Source of the DNA: Bacteroidales bacterium
GTDB taxonomy: Bacteria; Bacteroidota; Bacteroidia; Bacteroidales; VadinHA17
Direction of reading: 5' to 3'
Assembly: GCA_024762655.1 (NCBI GenBank)
Contig: JANTHB010000007.1
Location: 97 to 64,096, forward strand
DNA length: 64,000 nucleotides
Each line of letters opens with the position of its first letter. Position 1 is the first letter of the stretch. Shown in pieces: positions 53,653-64,000 of the stretch. A program made the position numbers and the translations under genes. The notes under the pieces were generated by a model. That model had not been told where the DNA came from. It saw only the letters and a list, made by a program, of their open reading frames with translations, and did no database searches.

Positions 53653-54906
53653 ATGACCTTAAAGCGTGTAGTAGTTACAGGGTTAGGAGCACTGACCCCG
53701 TTGGGAAATAATGTACCTGATTTCTGGGAAGCATTGGCTAACGGAGTAAGTGGCTCCAGCCTTATTACACGTTTTGACACGGAGAAATTTAAAACTCATT
53801 TTGCCTGCGAGGTAAAAAACTTCGATCCCAAAGAACATTTCGAACGGAAAGAATTACGCAAACTGGATCTGTTCTGTCAGTTTGCCCTGGTCTCGGCCGA
53901 TGAAGCCATCAGGGATGCCGGGATAGACAAAGCTTCGGTAGACCACAACCGCGTGGGTGTGATCTACGGTTCAGGAATCGGAGGGTTACAAACCTTTTAT
54001 GAAGAGATTAAATCCTTTGTGGAAGGCGACGGAACGCCCCGGTTCAGCCCGTTTTTTATCCCGAAGATCATTTCAGACATTGCAGCAGGTCATATTTCCA
54101 TAAAATACGGGTTCAGAGGGCCTAATTTTGCAACGGTTTCGGCCTGCTCGACGGCTGCCAATGCCATCATTGATGCCTACAATTATATCCGTCTGGGCAA
54201 AGCGGAGCTTTTTGTCACCGGCGGTGCGGAAGCTCCTATCAACAGGGTAGGGATAGGAGGATTCAATGCAATCATGGCCATCAGTACCAACAACGACGAG
54301 TATAAGACCGCATCCCGGCCTTTCGACAAGACACGTGACGGATTTGTTATGGGAGAAGGCGCCGGCACGTTGATTCTGGAAGAACTGGAACATGCCAAAG
54401 CCCGAGGAGCTAAAATCTACGCGGAGGTGGCCGGCGCAGGTTTATCGGCAGACGCGTACCATATGACCGCTCCTCATCCGGAAGGACTGGGCGCTGCCCT
54501 GGTCATGAAAGAAGCACTGGACGATGCAGGCATGACCCCGGAAGATGTTGATTATATCAACGTACACGGAACAGCTACCCCGCGCGGAGATATCTCCGAA
54601 ATTCAAGCCATCCAGAAACTTTTCGGAGAACATGCCTACCGTATTAATATCAGTTCCACAAAATCCATGACAGGGCACCTGCTGGGTGCTGCCGGCGCCG
54701 CTGAAGCCATTGCCAGTATTATGGCAATCCGGAAAGGAATCGTCCCCCCCACAATTAATCATTTTGTCGATGATCCCGAAATTGATCCTAAACTGGATCT
54801 CACCTTCAATAAAGCTGTGAAAAAAGAGGTGAAGGTAGCTTTAAGCAACACATTTGGTTTTGGCGGTCATAATGCCTCCATCATCCTAAAAAAATTTGAG
54901 TCCTAG
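53653..54906 (+). CDS. fabF: 3-oxoacyl-ACP synthase II
   Basis: RVVVTGLG, SAC active-site Cys, NVHGT, KSMTGHLLG, NTFGFGG. Confidence 0.95.
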   Translation: MTLKRVVVTGLGALTPLGNNVPDFWEALANGVSGSSLITRFDTEKFKTHFACEVKNFDPKEHFERKELRKLDLFCQFALVSADEAIRDAGIDKASVDHNRVGVIYGSGIGGLQTFYEEIKSFVEGDGTPRFSPFFIPKIISDIAAGHISIKYGFRGPNFATVSACSTAANAIIDAYNYIRLGKAELFVTGGAEAPINRVGIGGFNAIMAISTNNDEYKTASRPFDKTRDGFVMGEGAGTLILEELEHAKARGAKIYAEVAGAGLSADAYHMTAPHPEGLGAALVMKEALDDAGMTPEDVDYINVHGTATPRGDISEIQAIQKLFGEHAYRINISSTKSMTGHLLGAAGAAEAIASIMAIRKGIVPPTINHFVDDPEIDPKLDLTFNKAVKKEVKVALSNTFGFGGHNASIILKKFES

Positions 54907-54909
54907 CCA

Positions 54910-55635
54910 GTGCTTTCTTTTCATTTGAAACACCCCCCTCCCCTTTTACCTAACCAAAAGGGGTTTTATATGCAAATAAAAAAACTGCTCCCCTATTCCC
55001 CACGCAACATAACCCTTTATCAGATCGCCTTTATTACACGTTCCAGGTCCCTGCCTGTCCCAGGGGAACCCATCAATAATGAAAGACTGGAATTTCTGGG
55101 GGATACCGTCATCAGCACCATTATCTCCGAACACCTATACCGGTTATATCCCGAAAAAAACGAGGGAGAACTATCAAAACTCAGGTCCCGGATCGTAAAC
55201 GGGAACACACTGAATGAAATTGCTCTTAAACTGAAGCTGGATCAGCTTGTGCAATATACCTACCATTCCGAGAACCAGCATAAACATATTTTCGGAGATG
55301 TGTTTGAAGCATTTATAGGAGCCCTGTTCCTGGACCAGGGCTATAAAAAGACACAAAGGTATTTCAACCAAATTCTTTTTAAAAAATATATTGATCTCCC
55401 TGAGATCCTGGAAACAGAAACCGATTTTAAAAGCATGATGCTGGTGTGGGCTCAAAAAAACCACAGGAAACTTTTTTTTGTCACGCAGGAAAGTATTAAT
55501 GACAATGGAAAAAAGGTGTTCCGGTCTTTATTGCAGACGAAAAACAGCATCCTCGGAGAAGGAAACGGAAACTCCAAAAAAGAAGCCGAACAAATAGCAG
55601 CACAGAAAGCGTGGGAAGAAATTCACCCGGACTGA
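54910..55635 (+). CDS. rnc: Ribonuclease III
   Basis: NERLEFLGD, DVFEAFIGA, C-terminal dsRBD GNSKKEAEQ.AA. Confidence 0.92.
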   Translation: MLSFHLKHPPPLLPNQKGFYMQIKKLLPYSPRNITLYQIAFITRSRSLPVPGEPINNERLEFLGDTVISTIISEHLYRLYPEKNEGELSKLRSRIVNGNTLNEIALKLKLDQLVQYTYHSENQHKHIFGDVFEAFIGALFLDQGYKKTQRYFNQILFKKYIDLPEILETETDFKSMMLVWAQKNHRKLFFVTQESINDNGKKVFRSLLQTKNSILGEGNGNSKKEAEQIAAQKAWEEIHPD

Positions 55636-55663
55636 TACGGTCCTGATTTTACATCTCATATTT

Positions 55664-56089
55664 ATGGCTAAAATAAAAAAACATCGTCTTTCCCTTGAAC
55701 CGGACCGGGATTACTACCTGGCAGCAATTGCCTCGCATGAAAAAGGGTATCATATGGGATGGATTCTGAACCGGGAACTGGGAACGCATTTTGTCCGCTC
55801 GGCCGATTTCGGCACAACCCGAAAAAATACCAACCTTCTGTTCCCCGTATTTGCCTGGGAAGATGAAAACAAAATGCTTTCGTGGCATCTTATCTCAAAC
55901 CGTTCCGAGCATGGTTTTCTCTTTGATGATTTAAAAAACATTGATTTCCTCCTGCATATTACTCCCCGCCCCGGAGATGCATTTATTTACGATCTGGAAA
56001 ACAAACTTAAAACCATTCCCGTAATTTACGCCTTTTTCCCGGTATATCCGGAGGAATACCCAACCGCCGACGCGCTGCAGTTTGACTGA
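55664..56089 (+). CDS. IPExxxVDY-family-like hypothetical protein
   Basis: 141 aa, LISNR...FLFDDLKNIDFLL; follows rnc as I recall for other Bacteroidota. Confidence 0.65.
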   Translation: MAKIKKHRLSLEPDRDYYLAAIASHEKGYHMGWILNRELGTHFVRSADFGTTRKNTNLLFPVFAWEDENKMLSWHLISNRSEHGFLFDDLKNIDFLLHITPRPGDAFIYDLENKLKTIPVIYAFFPVYPEEYPTADALQFD

Positions 56090-56091
56090 AC

Positions 56092-56127
56092 AAAAAAAAA
56101 GAGCAGGTGAAATTTCACCTGCTCTTT
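56092..56127 (-). terminator. Intrinsic terminator oriented for a minus-strand transcript
   Basis: Perfect palindrome AAAGAGCAGGTGAAATTTCACCTGCTCTTT; U9 tail on minus strand, only U3 on plus. Confidence 0.8.
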
Positions 56128-56180
56128 CCGTATTAACCCTTTTATTAACCTAAACCAAAAACCTACTGCTTTTGTTCTGT
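56092..56180 (-). ncRNA. Candidate sigma54-dependent small RNA (~90 nt)
   Basis: Bounded by a canonical -24/-12 promoter and a U9 terminator; no ATG; GU-rich body. Confidence 0.65.
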
Positions 56181-56189
56181 TATGAGAAG

Positions 56190-56206
56190 TGCAATTTTCA
56201 TGCCAA
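56190..56206 (-). promoter_or_regulatory. sigma54 (RpoN) -24/-12 promoter
   Basis: TTGGCATGAAAATTGCA: GG-N10-GC, one mismatch from TGGCAC-N5-TTGCW. Confidence 0.75.
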
Positions 56207-56307
56207 ACTCATTATTTCTGCTCTTTGTTTTAAATAACGTGTAATTATTAAAAATGTTTCAAACAACCTTCATTATTTTTGAACATTACGAAGATAAGAG
56301 GAATTTA

Positions 56308-56343
56308 TGTTAACAACGTTTAAGGGATGTTAAAGATTGTTAA
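56308..56343 (+). promoter_or_regulatory. Four 10-bp-phased (T/G)(G/T)TTAA direct repeats upstream of rprX, a putative OmpR-family operator
   Basis: TGTTAA 56308, GTTTAA 56318, TGTTAA 56328, TGTTAA 56338; -7 box TATCTTTG at 56371-56378. Confidence 0.55.
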
Positions 56344-56385
56344 AACCCAGGGGGGTAAGATGGAAAGAGTTATCTTTGTAAAACC

Positions 56386-57897
56386 ATGAATAAAAAGACC
56401 ATATGGATATTATCCGGAATCATGGCAATAGGGATGGTCGCGCTTGTTATGATTCAGATCTACTGGTTAAACCACGCCCTGGAGGTAAAAAGTCATCAAT
56501 TCAGACAAACGGTAAATGCTGCTTGCAAAGAAGTTATCTCACAACTGGAAAAAAAGGAAATCTACAATATCGTTTTACGGGAAATACACATCGAATCAGG
56601 GCAAACCGATATATATTCCGAGGACGAAAACCCGGATTTTTTCATGAATCCAGATTTATCCCAAGAGATGACCCCTATCCCCGGCCGGGAAACCATCACC
56701 AATAAATTTACCGCTTTAGACACCCTGCTGCTGACGGGACGCATTAACGGGATTTTAGATGAAGCAAACAACAACAGAACCACCCTCATTGAAGCCAATA
56801 GAACCCGCATGGTTAAACATATCATGGAAAAACTTTCACAACCCCCTCCCGATATTCAGAAAAGGGTTCAACCGGTGGAATTATTTTATCTTATTAAAAA
56901 CACGCTGGCAAAAAACGGGATCAACCAGCCTTTTGAATTTGCAATTATCAAAGATCATTCAAAAGTCATATACAAAACCCCTGGATACAACAATAAACAC
57001 AAGTATGCCAACACCTTCGAGCAACCTCTTTTCCCCAACGACATGGTCAATCAGAATAACTCGCTGGTCCTCTATTTTCCGGATGAACACAAATACCTTG
57101 TACGGTCGCTGGGATGGATAGGATATCTGTCCCTGGCCCTGGCAATCTTTTTTATGGTCGTTTTTCTGGGAACATTATATATCATTTTGAGACAAAAAAG
57201 GATAACAGACATTAAAACCGATTTTGTCAACAACATGACCCACGAACTTAAAACCCCGATCTCTACCATCTCTCTGGCTTCCCAGATGCTCAAAGACAAA
57301 AGCATACTCAACAGTGATAAAAACATAGATCATATTGCCCGTGTGATTGACGATGAAACCAACAGATTAAGTCACCAGGTGGAAAAAGTGTTACAGATGG
57401 CCGTTTTTGAGCGTGGCAGAGTCAAACTCAAGAAAAAAGACACGGATATCCACAAGCTCCTGACCCATGTGATCCAGAACTTTTCCATAAGAATACAAAA
57501 TAAAAACGGGAAGATCGTGTACGATTTTATGGCGGAGCATCCGGTAATCCCCGTGGATGAGATGCACATTACCAATGTTTTCTCCAACCTGGTAGACAAC
57601 GCGATTAAATACAGCAGGGAAGCCCCCTTGATCTATATTAAAACCGAGAACAATCAGAAAGGAATATTGATCCATGTGCGTGACAACGGAATCGGCTTAT
57701 CAAAAGAGGATCAGAAAAAAATATTCGACCAGTTCTACCGCGTTCCAACCGGGAATATCCACGATGCAAAGGGGTTTGGATTGGGACTAAGCTATGTCAA
57801 GAAGATCATTGAAGACCATAACGGAACCATTGCCGTAGAAAGCCAGATGAACAAAGGAACCACATTTTCTGTATTTTTACCTTTTAATACAAACTGA
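56386..57897 (+). CDS. rprX: Sensor histidine kinase, RprX-like
   Basis: Two TMs, NNMTHELKTP H-box, NLVDNAIKY, DNGIG, GFGLGL; N-terminus resembles Bacteroides RprX. Confidence 0.82.
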   Translation: MNKKTIWILSGIMAIGMVALVMIQIYWLNHALEVKSHQFRQTVNAACKEVISQLEKKEIYNIVLREIHIESGQTDIYSEDENPDFFMNPDLSQEMTPIPGRETITNKFTALDTLLLTGRINGILDEANNNRTTLIEANRTRMVKHIMEKLSQPPPDIQKRVQPVELFYLIKNTLAKNGINQPFEFAIIKDHSKVIYKTPGYNNKHKYANTFEQPLFPNDMVNQNNSLVLYFPDEHKYLVRSLGWIGYLSLALAIFFMVVFLGTLYIILRQKRITDIKTDFVNNMTHELKTPISTISLASQMLKDKSILNSDKNIDHIARVIDDETNRLSHQVEKVLQMAVFERGRVKLKKKDTDIHKLLTHVIQNFSIRIQNKNGKIVYDFMAEHPVIPVDEMHITNVFSNLVDNAIKYSREAPLIYIKTENNQKGILIHVRDNGIGLSKEDQKKIFDQFYRVPTGNIHDAKGFGLGLSYVKKIIEDHNGTIAVESQMNKGTTFSVFLPFNTN

Positions 57898-57911
57898 TAA
57901 CATACGCACTT

Positions 57912-58595
57912 ATGGACAAAATCCGCATTTTACTGGCAGAAGATGATGAGAACCTGGGAATGTTATTAAAAGAATATCTCCGGGCCAAAGGGTTTGAAAC
58001 CGAATTGTTCACTGACGGAGACCATGCATACAAAGGTTTCATCTCCGATCATTTCGACCTGTGCCTGCTGGATATTATGATGCCGGTGAAGGATGGGTTT
58101 ACCCTGGCACGCGAAATCAGACAGTTGAATTCGGACATACCCATCATCTTTCTCACTGCTAAATCCATGAAAGAAGACGTCTTTGAAGGATTTCGTATCG
58201 GAGCGGATGATTATATCACCAAACCTTTCAGCATGGAGGAACTCCTTTTTCGCATTGAAGCGATCCTCCGGCGAACAAAATCAGGCCAGGGAGCAAGCCA
58301 GGACCAGTTTAAAATCGGAAAATATCTGTTCGATGCCAACAAACAGGAACTGATTTTCGGGAACCAGGTACAGAAGATAACTACGAAGGAATCCGAACTA
58401 TTGCGCCTGCTATGCAACAATAAAAACAAAATACTGGAGCGAAACTTTGCCCTGCGCACCATCTGGATGGATGATAATTATTTCAATGCCAGGAGCATGG
58501 ACGTCTATATAACCAAATTAAGAAAATATCTGAAAGAGGATCCGTCCGTCGAGATCATCAACATCCACGGAAAAGGATATAAACTGATCTGTTAA
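57912..58595 (+). CDS. rprY: OmpR-family response regulator, RprY-like
   Basis: EDDENLG, DIMMP, FLTAK, DNYFNARSMDVYITKLRK, IHGKGYKL as in Bacteroides RprY. Confidence 0.85.
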   Translation: MDKIRILLAEDDENLGMLLKEYLRAKGFETELFTDGDHAYKGFISDHFDLCLLDIMMPVKDGFTLAREIRQLNSDIPIIFLTAKSMKEDVFEGFRIGADDYITKPFSMEELLFRIEAILRRTKSGQGASQDQFKIGKYLFDANKQELIFGNQVQKITTKESELLRLLCNNKNKILERNFALRTIWMDDNYFNARSMDVYITKLRKYLKEDPSVEIINIHGKGYKLIC

Positions 58596-59282
58596 CTACT
58601 TCAGCTCTACCAGCTCGGTAGAACTCTCAAGTTTCCCTTTTTTGTTATAATCCTCCGACCTGATGGTCCCAATCCCTTCTGCATACCAGGTAGCCCCTTT
58701 GACATGGGTTTTTATAAAACCAATTTTGCCGTCATTATCAAAGGTGATCTTAACGCACTTAAAAGTACCTGCAGGAGTGGTTATATTTTCTTTAGCTGCC
58801 ACCTTGCGGTTACTGACCGTGGCTGTAATAGTCACCAGTTTAACCCCATTGTTAAGAATCTGTGCCGTCACCTCACCGTCAGGCAACTGATCCCCTACTT
58901 TCAGATGCGGAGGCATTGCCAGGTCTTTCGAGCTGACTTTAATGTCCATGCCCTGGTATTTTTCCAACATGTTTGCCAGGGACGCTTTCATATCAATGTA
59001 AAACTCTCCCTGTTTGCAATAATAGTTCAGCAGGAGGGTATCAACCACTTCCCCATCTGCAGACTCAACCCATTGTTGTGTGGTTATTTTTAAACCGTCT
59101 TTGGTCTTTTGGTTATCCAACACTTCATAATACATCTTCCCCGACGGCTTTCCCTTTTTATCATACATTTGATAAGTCAGTTTCTTCCCCTTTTCCTGAG
59201 GAAAATAACTGGTACAATCCTGTGATTTTGCAACAGGAATTATTAATGAAGCAACTGCAACAACAAACAATAATTTTTTCAT
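58596..59282 (-). CDS. Exported DUF3108/TapB-like protein
   Basis: Signal peptide; ENITTPAGTFKCVK..TWYAEGIG motif; -7 box at 59316-59323. Confidence 0.65.
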   Translation of the reverse strand: MKKLLFVVAVASLIIPVAKSQDCTSYFPQEKGKKLTYQMYDKKGKPSGKMYYEVLDNQKTKDGLKITTQQWVESADGEVVDTLLLNYYCKQGEFYIDMKASLANMLEKYQGMDIKVSSKDLAMPPHLKVGDQLPDGEVTAQILNNGVKLVTITATVSNRKVAAKENITTPAGTFKCVKITFDNDGKIGFIKTHVKGATWYAEGIGTIRSEDYNKKGKLESSTELVELK

Positions 59283-59390
59283 CCTAATCGCTTAAATTTA
59301 AGTTTATAAAACAATCAAAAATATAAAAATTTTTCTATGTAACTTAAACATTCGGTCCAAAAGATTTCCTCAGCGGATTTGCTGTGTGGA

Positions 59391-61178
59391 CTAATCCAGC
59401 TTTAATACCGCCAGAAAAGCCTGCTGCGGCACCTCTACATTCCCCACCTGACGCATCCTCTTTTTCCCTTTCTTTTGTTTCTCCAGGAGTTTCCTTTTTC
59501 GGGTAATGTCTCCACCGTAACATTTGGCTGTAACATCTTTCCGTAAGGCTTTTACGGTTTCGCGGGCGATAACTTTCGACCCGATGGCCGCTTGTATGGC
59601 AATGTCAAACTGTTGCCGGGGGATAAGCTCTTTCAGTTTCAAGCAGATCTTTCTCCCAAATCCATACGCATAATCTTTATGAATCAGGGTGGACAGAGCA
59701 TCTACCATCTCTCCGTTTAACAGGATATCCAGGCGTACCAGGGTAGCTCGTTTATAACCGGAAGTATAGTAATCAAAAGAGGCATATCCTTTTGAGATAC
59801 TTTTCAGTTTATCATAAAAATCAAAAACAATGTCAGCCAGAGGCATCTCAAAAGTAAGCTCTACACGGTCACTTGTCAGGTACACCTGATTTTTTAATGT
59901 TCCTCTTTTGTCAATACATAATTTCATGATCGGGCCTACAAACTCTGCTTTGGAAATGATCTGGGCCGAAATATAGGGTTCTTCAATATGATCGAGATAG
60001 GTAGGATCGGGCAACCCCGATGGATTATGCACTTCGATCATTTCTCCCCGTGTGGTATAAGCCCGGTAGGATACATTTGGCACGGTAGTAATAACATTCA
60101 TGTCAAATTCACGGTCGAGTCGTTCCTGGATGATTTCCATATGCAACAATCCCAGGAAGCCGCATCTGAAGCCAAAACCCAGAGCTGCCGAGGACTCCGG
60201 TTCAAACGTCAGGGAAGCATCATTGAGGTGCAGTTTTTCAATGGATGCTCTGAGTTCCTCATAATCATCTGCATCAACAGGATAGATCCCGGCAAACACC
60301 ATAGGCTTCACATCCTCAAAACCTTCGATAGCCTTGTCGCAGGGCCGGTCCACATGGGTGATGGTATCTCCCACCTTCACTTCACTGGAATTCTTGATTC
60401 CGGAAATGATATACCCGACATCACCGGCCCGTAAAACCTCGCGCGGCTCATTCTTTATCTTCAGCACCCCGATCTCATCGGCGATATAATCCCTGCCGGT
60501 GGCCACAAATTTCACGTGGTCCCCCCTGTGCAATGCCCCGTTAAATATCTTAAAGTATGCATAGATGCCCCGGTAGGGGTTAAAGACGGAATCAAAGATC
60601 AGGGCCTGCAATGGGGCGGTGGGATCCCCTTTCGGAGGCGGGACATCGTTAACAATTCTTTCCAGGATACGCTCCACCCCCTGTCCCGTTTTACCACTGG
60701 CCTCAATAATATCCTCGCGGGCACAACCCACCAGATCCACAATCTGATCTTTCACCTCCTCGGGCATGGCATTATTGAGGTCCATCTTGTTCAGCACCGG
60801 GATGATCTCCAGGTTATGCTCAATGGCCAGATAAAGGTTAGAGATGGTCTGCGCCTGAATACCCTGTGTAGCATCCACCACCAACAAAGCACCTTCACAG
60901 GCAGCTATGGAACGGGACACTTCATAAGAAAAATCCACATGCCCGGGAGTATCGATCAGGTTGAGCTGGTATTTCCGGTCTTTATAAAGATAATCCATCT
61001 GGATGGCGTGGCTCTTGATCGTAATTCCCCTTTCGCGTTCCAGATCCATATCGTCCAGCACCTGTTCCTGAAAGTTCCGTTCATCCAATGAACCGGTTTT
61101 GATCAGCAACTGATCGGCCAGGGTACTCTTCCCATGATCAATATGGGCTATAATGCAAAAATTACGTATATGATCCAT
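59391..61178 (-). CDS. lepA: Elongation factor 4
   Basis: [40 protein letters not shown]. Confidence 0.97.
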   Translation of the reverse strand: MDHIRNFCIIAHIDHGKSTLADQLLIKTGSLDERNFQEQVLDDMDLERERGITIKSHAIQMDYLYKDRKYQLNLIDTPGHVDFSYEVSRSIAACEGALLVVDATQGIQAQTISNLYLAIEHNLEIIPVLNKMDLNNAMPEEVKDQIVDLVGCAREDIIEASGKTGQGVERILERIVNDVPPPKGDPTAPLQALIFDSVFNPYRGIYAYFKIFNGALHRGDHVKFVATGRDYIADEIGVLKIKNEPREVLRAGDVGYIISGIKNSSEVKVGDTITHVDRPCDKAIEGFEDVKPMVFAGIYPVDADDYEELRASIEKLHLNDASLTFEPESSAALGFGFRCGFLGLLHMEIIQERLDREFDMNVITTVPNVSYRAYTTRGEMIEVHNPSGLPDPTYLDHIEEPYISAQIISKAEFVGPIMKLCIDKRGTLKNQVYLTSDRVELTFEMPLADIVFDFYDKLKSISKGYASFDYYTSGYKRATLVRLDILLNGEMVDALSTLIHKDYAYGFGRKICLKLKELIPRQQFDIAIQAAIGSKVIARETVKALRKDVTAKCYGGDITRKRKLLEKQKKGKKRMRQVGNVEVPQQAFLAVLKLD

Positions 61179-61210
61179 GCAAAATCAACTTTCAGAAATA
61201 TTTTTCTCCG

Positions 61211-61218
61211 CAAAGATA
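61211..61218 (-). promoter_or_regulatory. sigmaA -7 box (TATCTTTG) for lepA
   Basis: Exact TAnnTTTG 33 nt upstream of the ATG. Confidence 0.55.
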
Positions 61219-61263
61219 GGACAATCCCCTTTACCGGGAATCATCATCCGCGGAAAAGAAAAA

Positions 61264-62055
61264 TTAGTTTCGGTTTAACTCTTGCAGGGAGACCCGCCGG
61301 GGATGTCCGGGAAGCATAAAAACTCGTGGCGACAGCCTTTTCTTCTTTGCTTTCTCCACCTCTGTAATTACCTCATATCCATACCCGAACTCCCTTATTT
61401 TTACCGGGTAACCACGTGTTTCCATATATAAATACAACGGATAAGCCTGGTAATGGAAACCTTGTTCATAATATTTGGTAATACGGTTAAAAACGGTGTA
61501 ATATTTTCTAAGCAAAGGCAGCGGCAGAAGCTGAAGTTTTGGAGCGATCCAGTCTTCCTCCACCGCAACGTCATTTACCCACACCATAAACACCTTGGTA
61601 GAAAAACCTGCGATTTCCTTTCCCGTTCGTGTCTGCGAAATTTTCACATCCAGACGGTCATGGCGGGCCACCGCCGAATCCGGCATCTGTAACTGCCTGA
61701 GCATCCTGTTATAACTGTCCAAGGCTTTTTTCTTTGCCTCTTCACTGTAATCGTTTATTTTTTCCAGAAATCTGGTACGAAGTAAAGCCGCCATTTCCCG
61801 GTCATAGTCATCTATGGTACCATCCCAGTATTCTTTTGTTTCCGGATTATAAAACTGAATAACCCCTTTATACAAATCCATGATGGTAACCAGCCCCTCC
61901 TCGTCTAAACGGATCAAATGATCCTGTGCATATACCTGTCTTTCCTGTTTCTTTCCGGTGTCGGAAAAACGTGAAACTTCCCTGATCACCCATCCGCCGA
62001 AGAGGGTCTGTCCTGTAAGTAAAAAAACCGTCAGAAAAAAAAGTATATTTTTCAT
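61264..62055 (-). CDS. Exported DUF4412-like protein
   Basis: Signal peptide; TGKEIAGF..K motif, GYPVK, F.LP tail; -7 box TAAATTTG at 62131-62138. Confidence 0.6.
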   Translation of the reverse strand: MKNILFFLTVFLLTGQTLFGGWVIREVSRFSDTGKKQERQVYAQDHLIRLDEEGLVTIMDLYKGVIQFYNPETKEYWDGTIDDYDREMAALLRTRFLEKINDYSEEAKKKALDSYNRMLRQLQMPDSAVARHDRLDVKISQTRTGKEIAGFSTKVFMVWVNDVAVEEDWIAPKLQLLPLPLLRKYYTVFNRITKYYEQGFHYQAYPLYLYMETRGYPVKIREFGYGYEVITEVEKAKKKRLSPRVFMLPGHPRRVSLQELNRN

Positions 62056-62187
62056 TGATAATATTCAATTCATTTTTTTGATAACAATAACGTAACGGAA
62101 AACCTGGTTTTTCATTTTTCCGTTCAGGTACAAATTTACGCTTTTTTCTTTGTAGATCATCATTCCTCCCACTGCCCGCTCTTTTCG

Positions 62188-62222
62188 AAAAATAAAAGCC
62201 CTTCCCGCAATGGGAAGGGCTT
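62188..62222 (-). terminator. Intrinsic terminator after groEL
   Basis: 11-bp stem AAGCCCTTCCC/GGGAAGGGCTT with U-rich tail on minus strand. Confidence 0.85.
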
Positions 62223-62249
62223 GAAAATATAGTTAATGTGTATGGGGCA

Positions 62250-63899
<1,650 letters not shown>

Positions 63900-63925
63900 T
63901 TATGGTTAATACTTAATTAAATGAT

Positions 63926-64000
63926 TTATACGATTGCTAAAATATCAGACTGGCGCAGGATCAGGTAATCTTTTCCGTCCATGGAAATTTCCGTACCTGA
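63926..64000 (-). CDS. groS: Co-chaperonin GroES, 3' end (truncated by window)
   Basis: Minus frame reads SGTEISMDGKDYLILRQSDILAIV-stop, upstream of groEL. Confidence 0.9.
   Translation of the reverse strand, partial: SGTEISMDGKDYLILRQSDILAIV

Noticed and set aside
54910-55635. RNase III lacks the usual N-terminal ALTH-S histidine (AFITRS)
   Set aside because: Catalytic ERLEFLGD and D..EA residues and the dsRBD are intact, so it is not a pseudogene

Overview
This is a core-genome window from a Bacteroidota bacterium, most likely Bacteroidales-like. The assignment rests on TAnnTTTG -7 promoter boxes, AT-rich leaders without Shine-Dalgarno motifs, and Bacteroidota-type ftsZ, purF, rprXY and gdh genes. 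It contains wecA-like and lysC genes, an envelope-biogenesis operon (coaX, beta-barrel, TPR, lptC, hlyC-like, ppiD/surA), the full dcw cluster (mraZ to ftsZ), a glsA/glsB-like acyltransferase pair, purF, usp, yebC, an M1 peptidase, aspS, tadA, two gdh paralogues flanking dprA, tatD, ansA, tRNA-Ser(GGA), exbB-orf-exbD-exbD, tRNA-Arg(CCG), leuS, purN, acpP-fabF-rnc, rprXY, lepA, groEL and the 3' end of groES. I found no mobile elements, CRISPR arrays or rRNA. The most notable signal is a candidate ~90-nt sigma54-dependent small RNA on the minus strand (~56092-56180). It has a canonical -24/-12 promoter, its own terminator and duplicated GGUUAAUA seeds complementary to the gdhA, groEL and exbB leaders, and it lies divergent from rprXY, whose promoter carries four 10-bp-phased repeats. 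Also notable are a ~115-aa degenerate DUF559/Vsr-like endonuclease domain inserted in frame in LeuRS and an apparent over-representation of CCGG. All calls come from reading the sequence by eye; no database searches were run.
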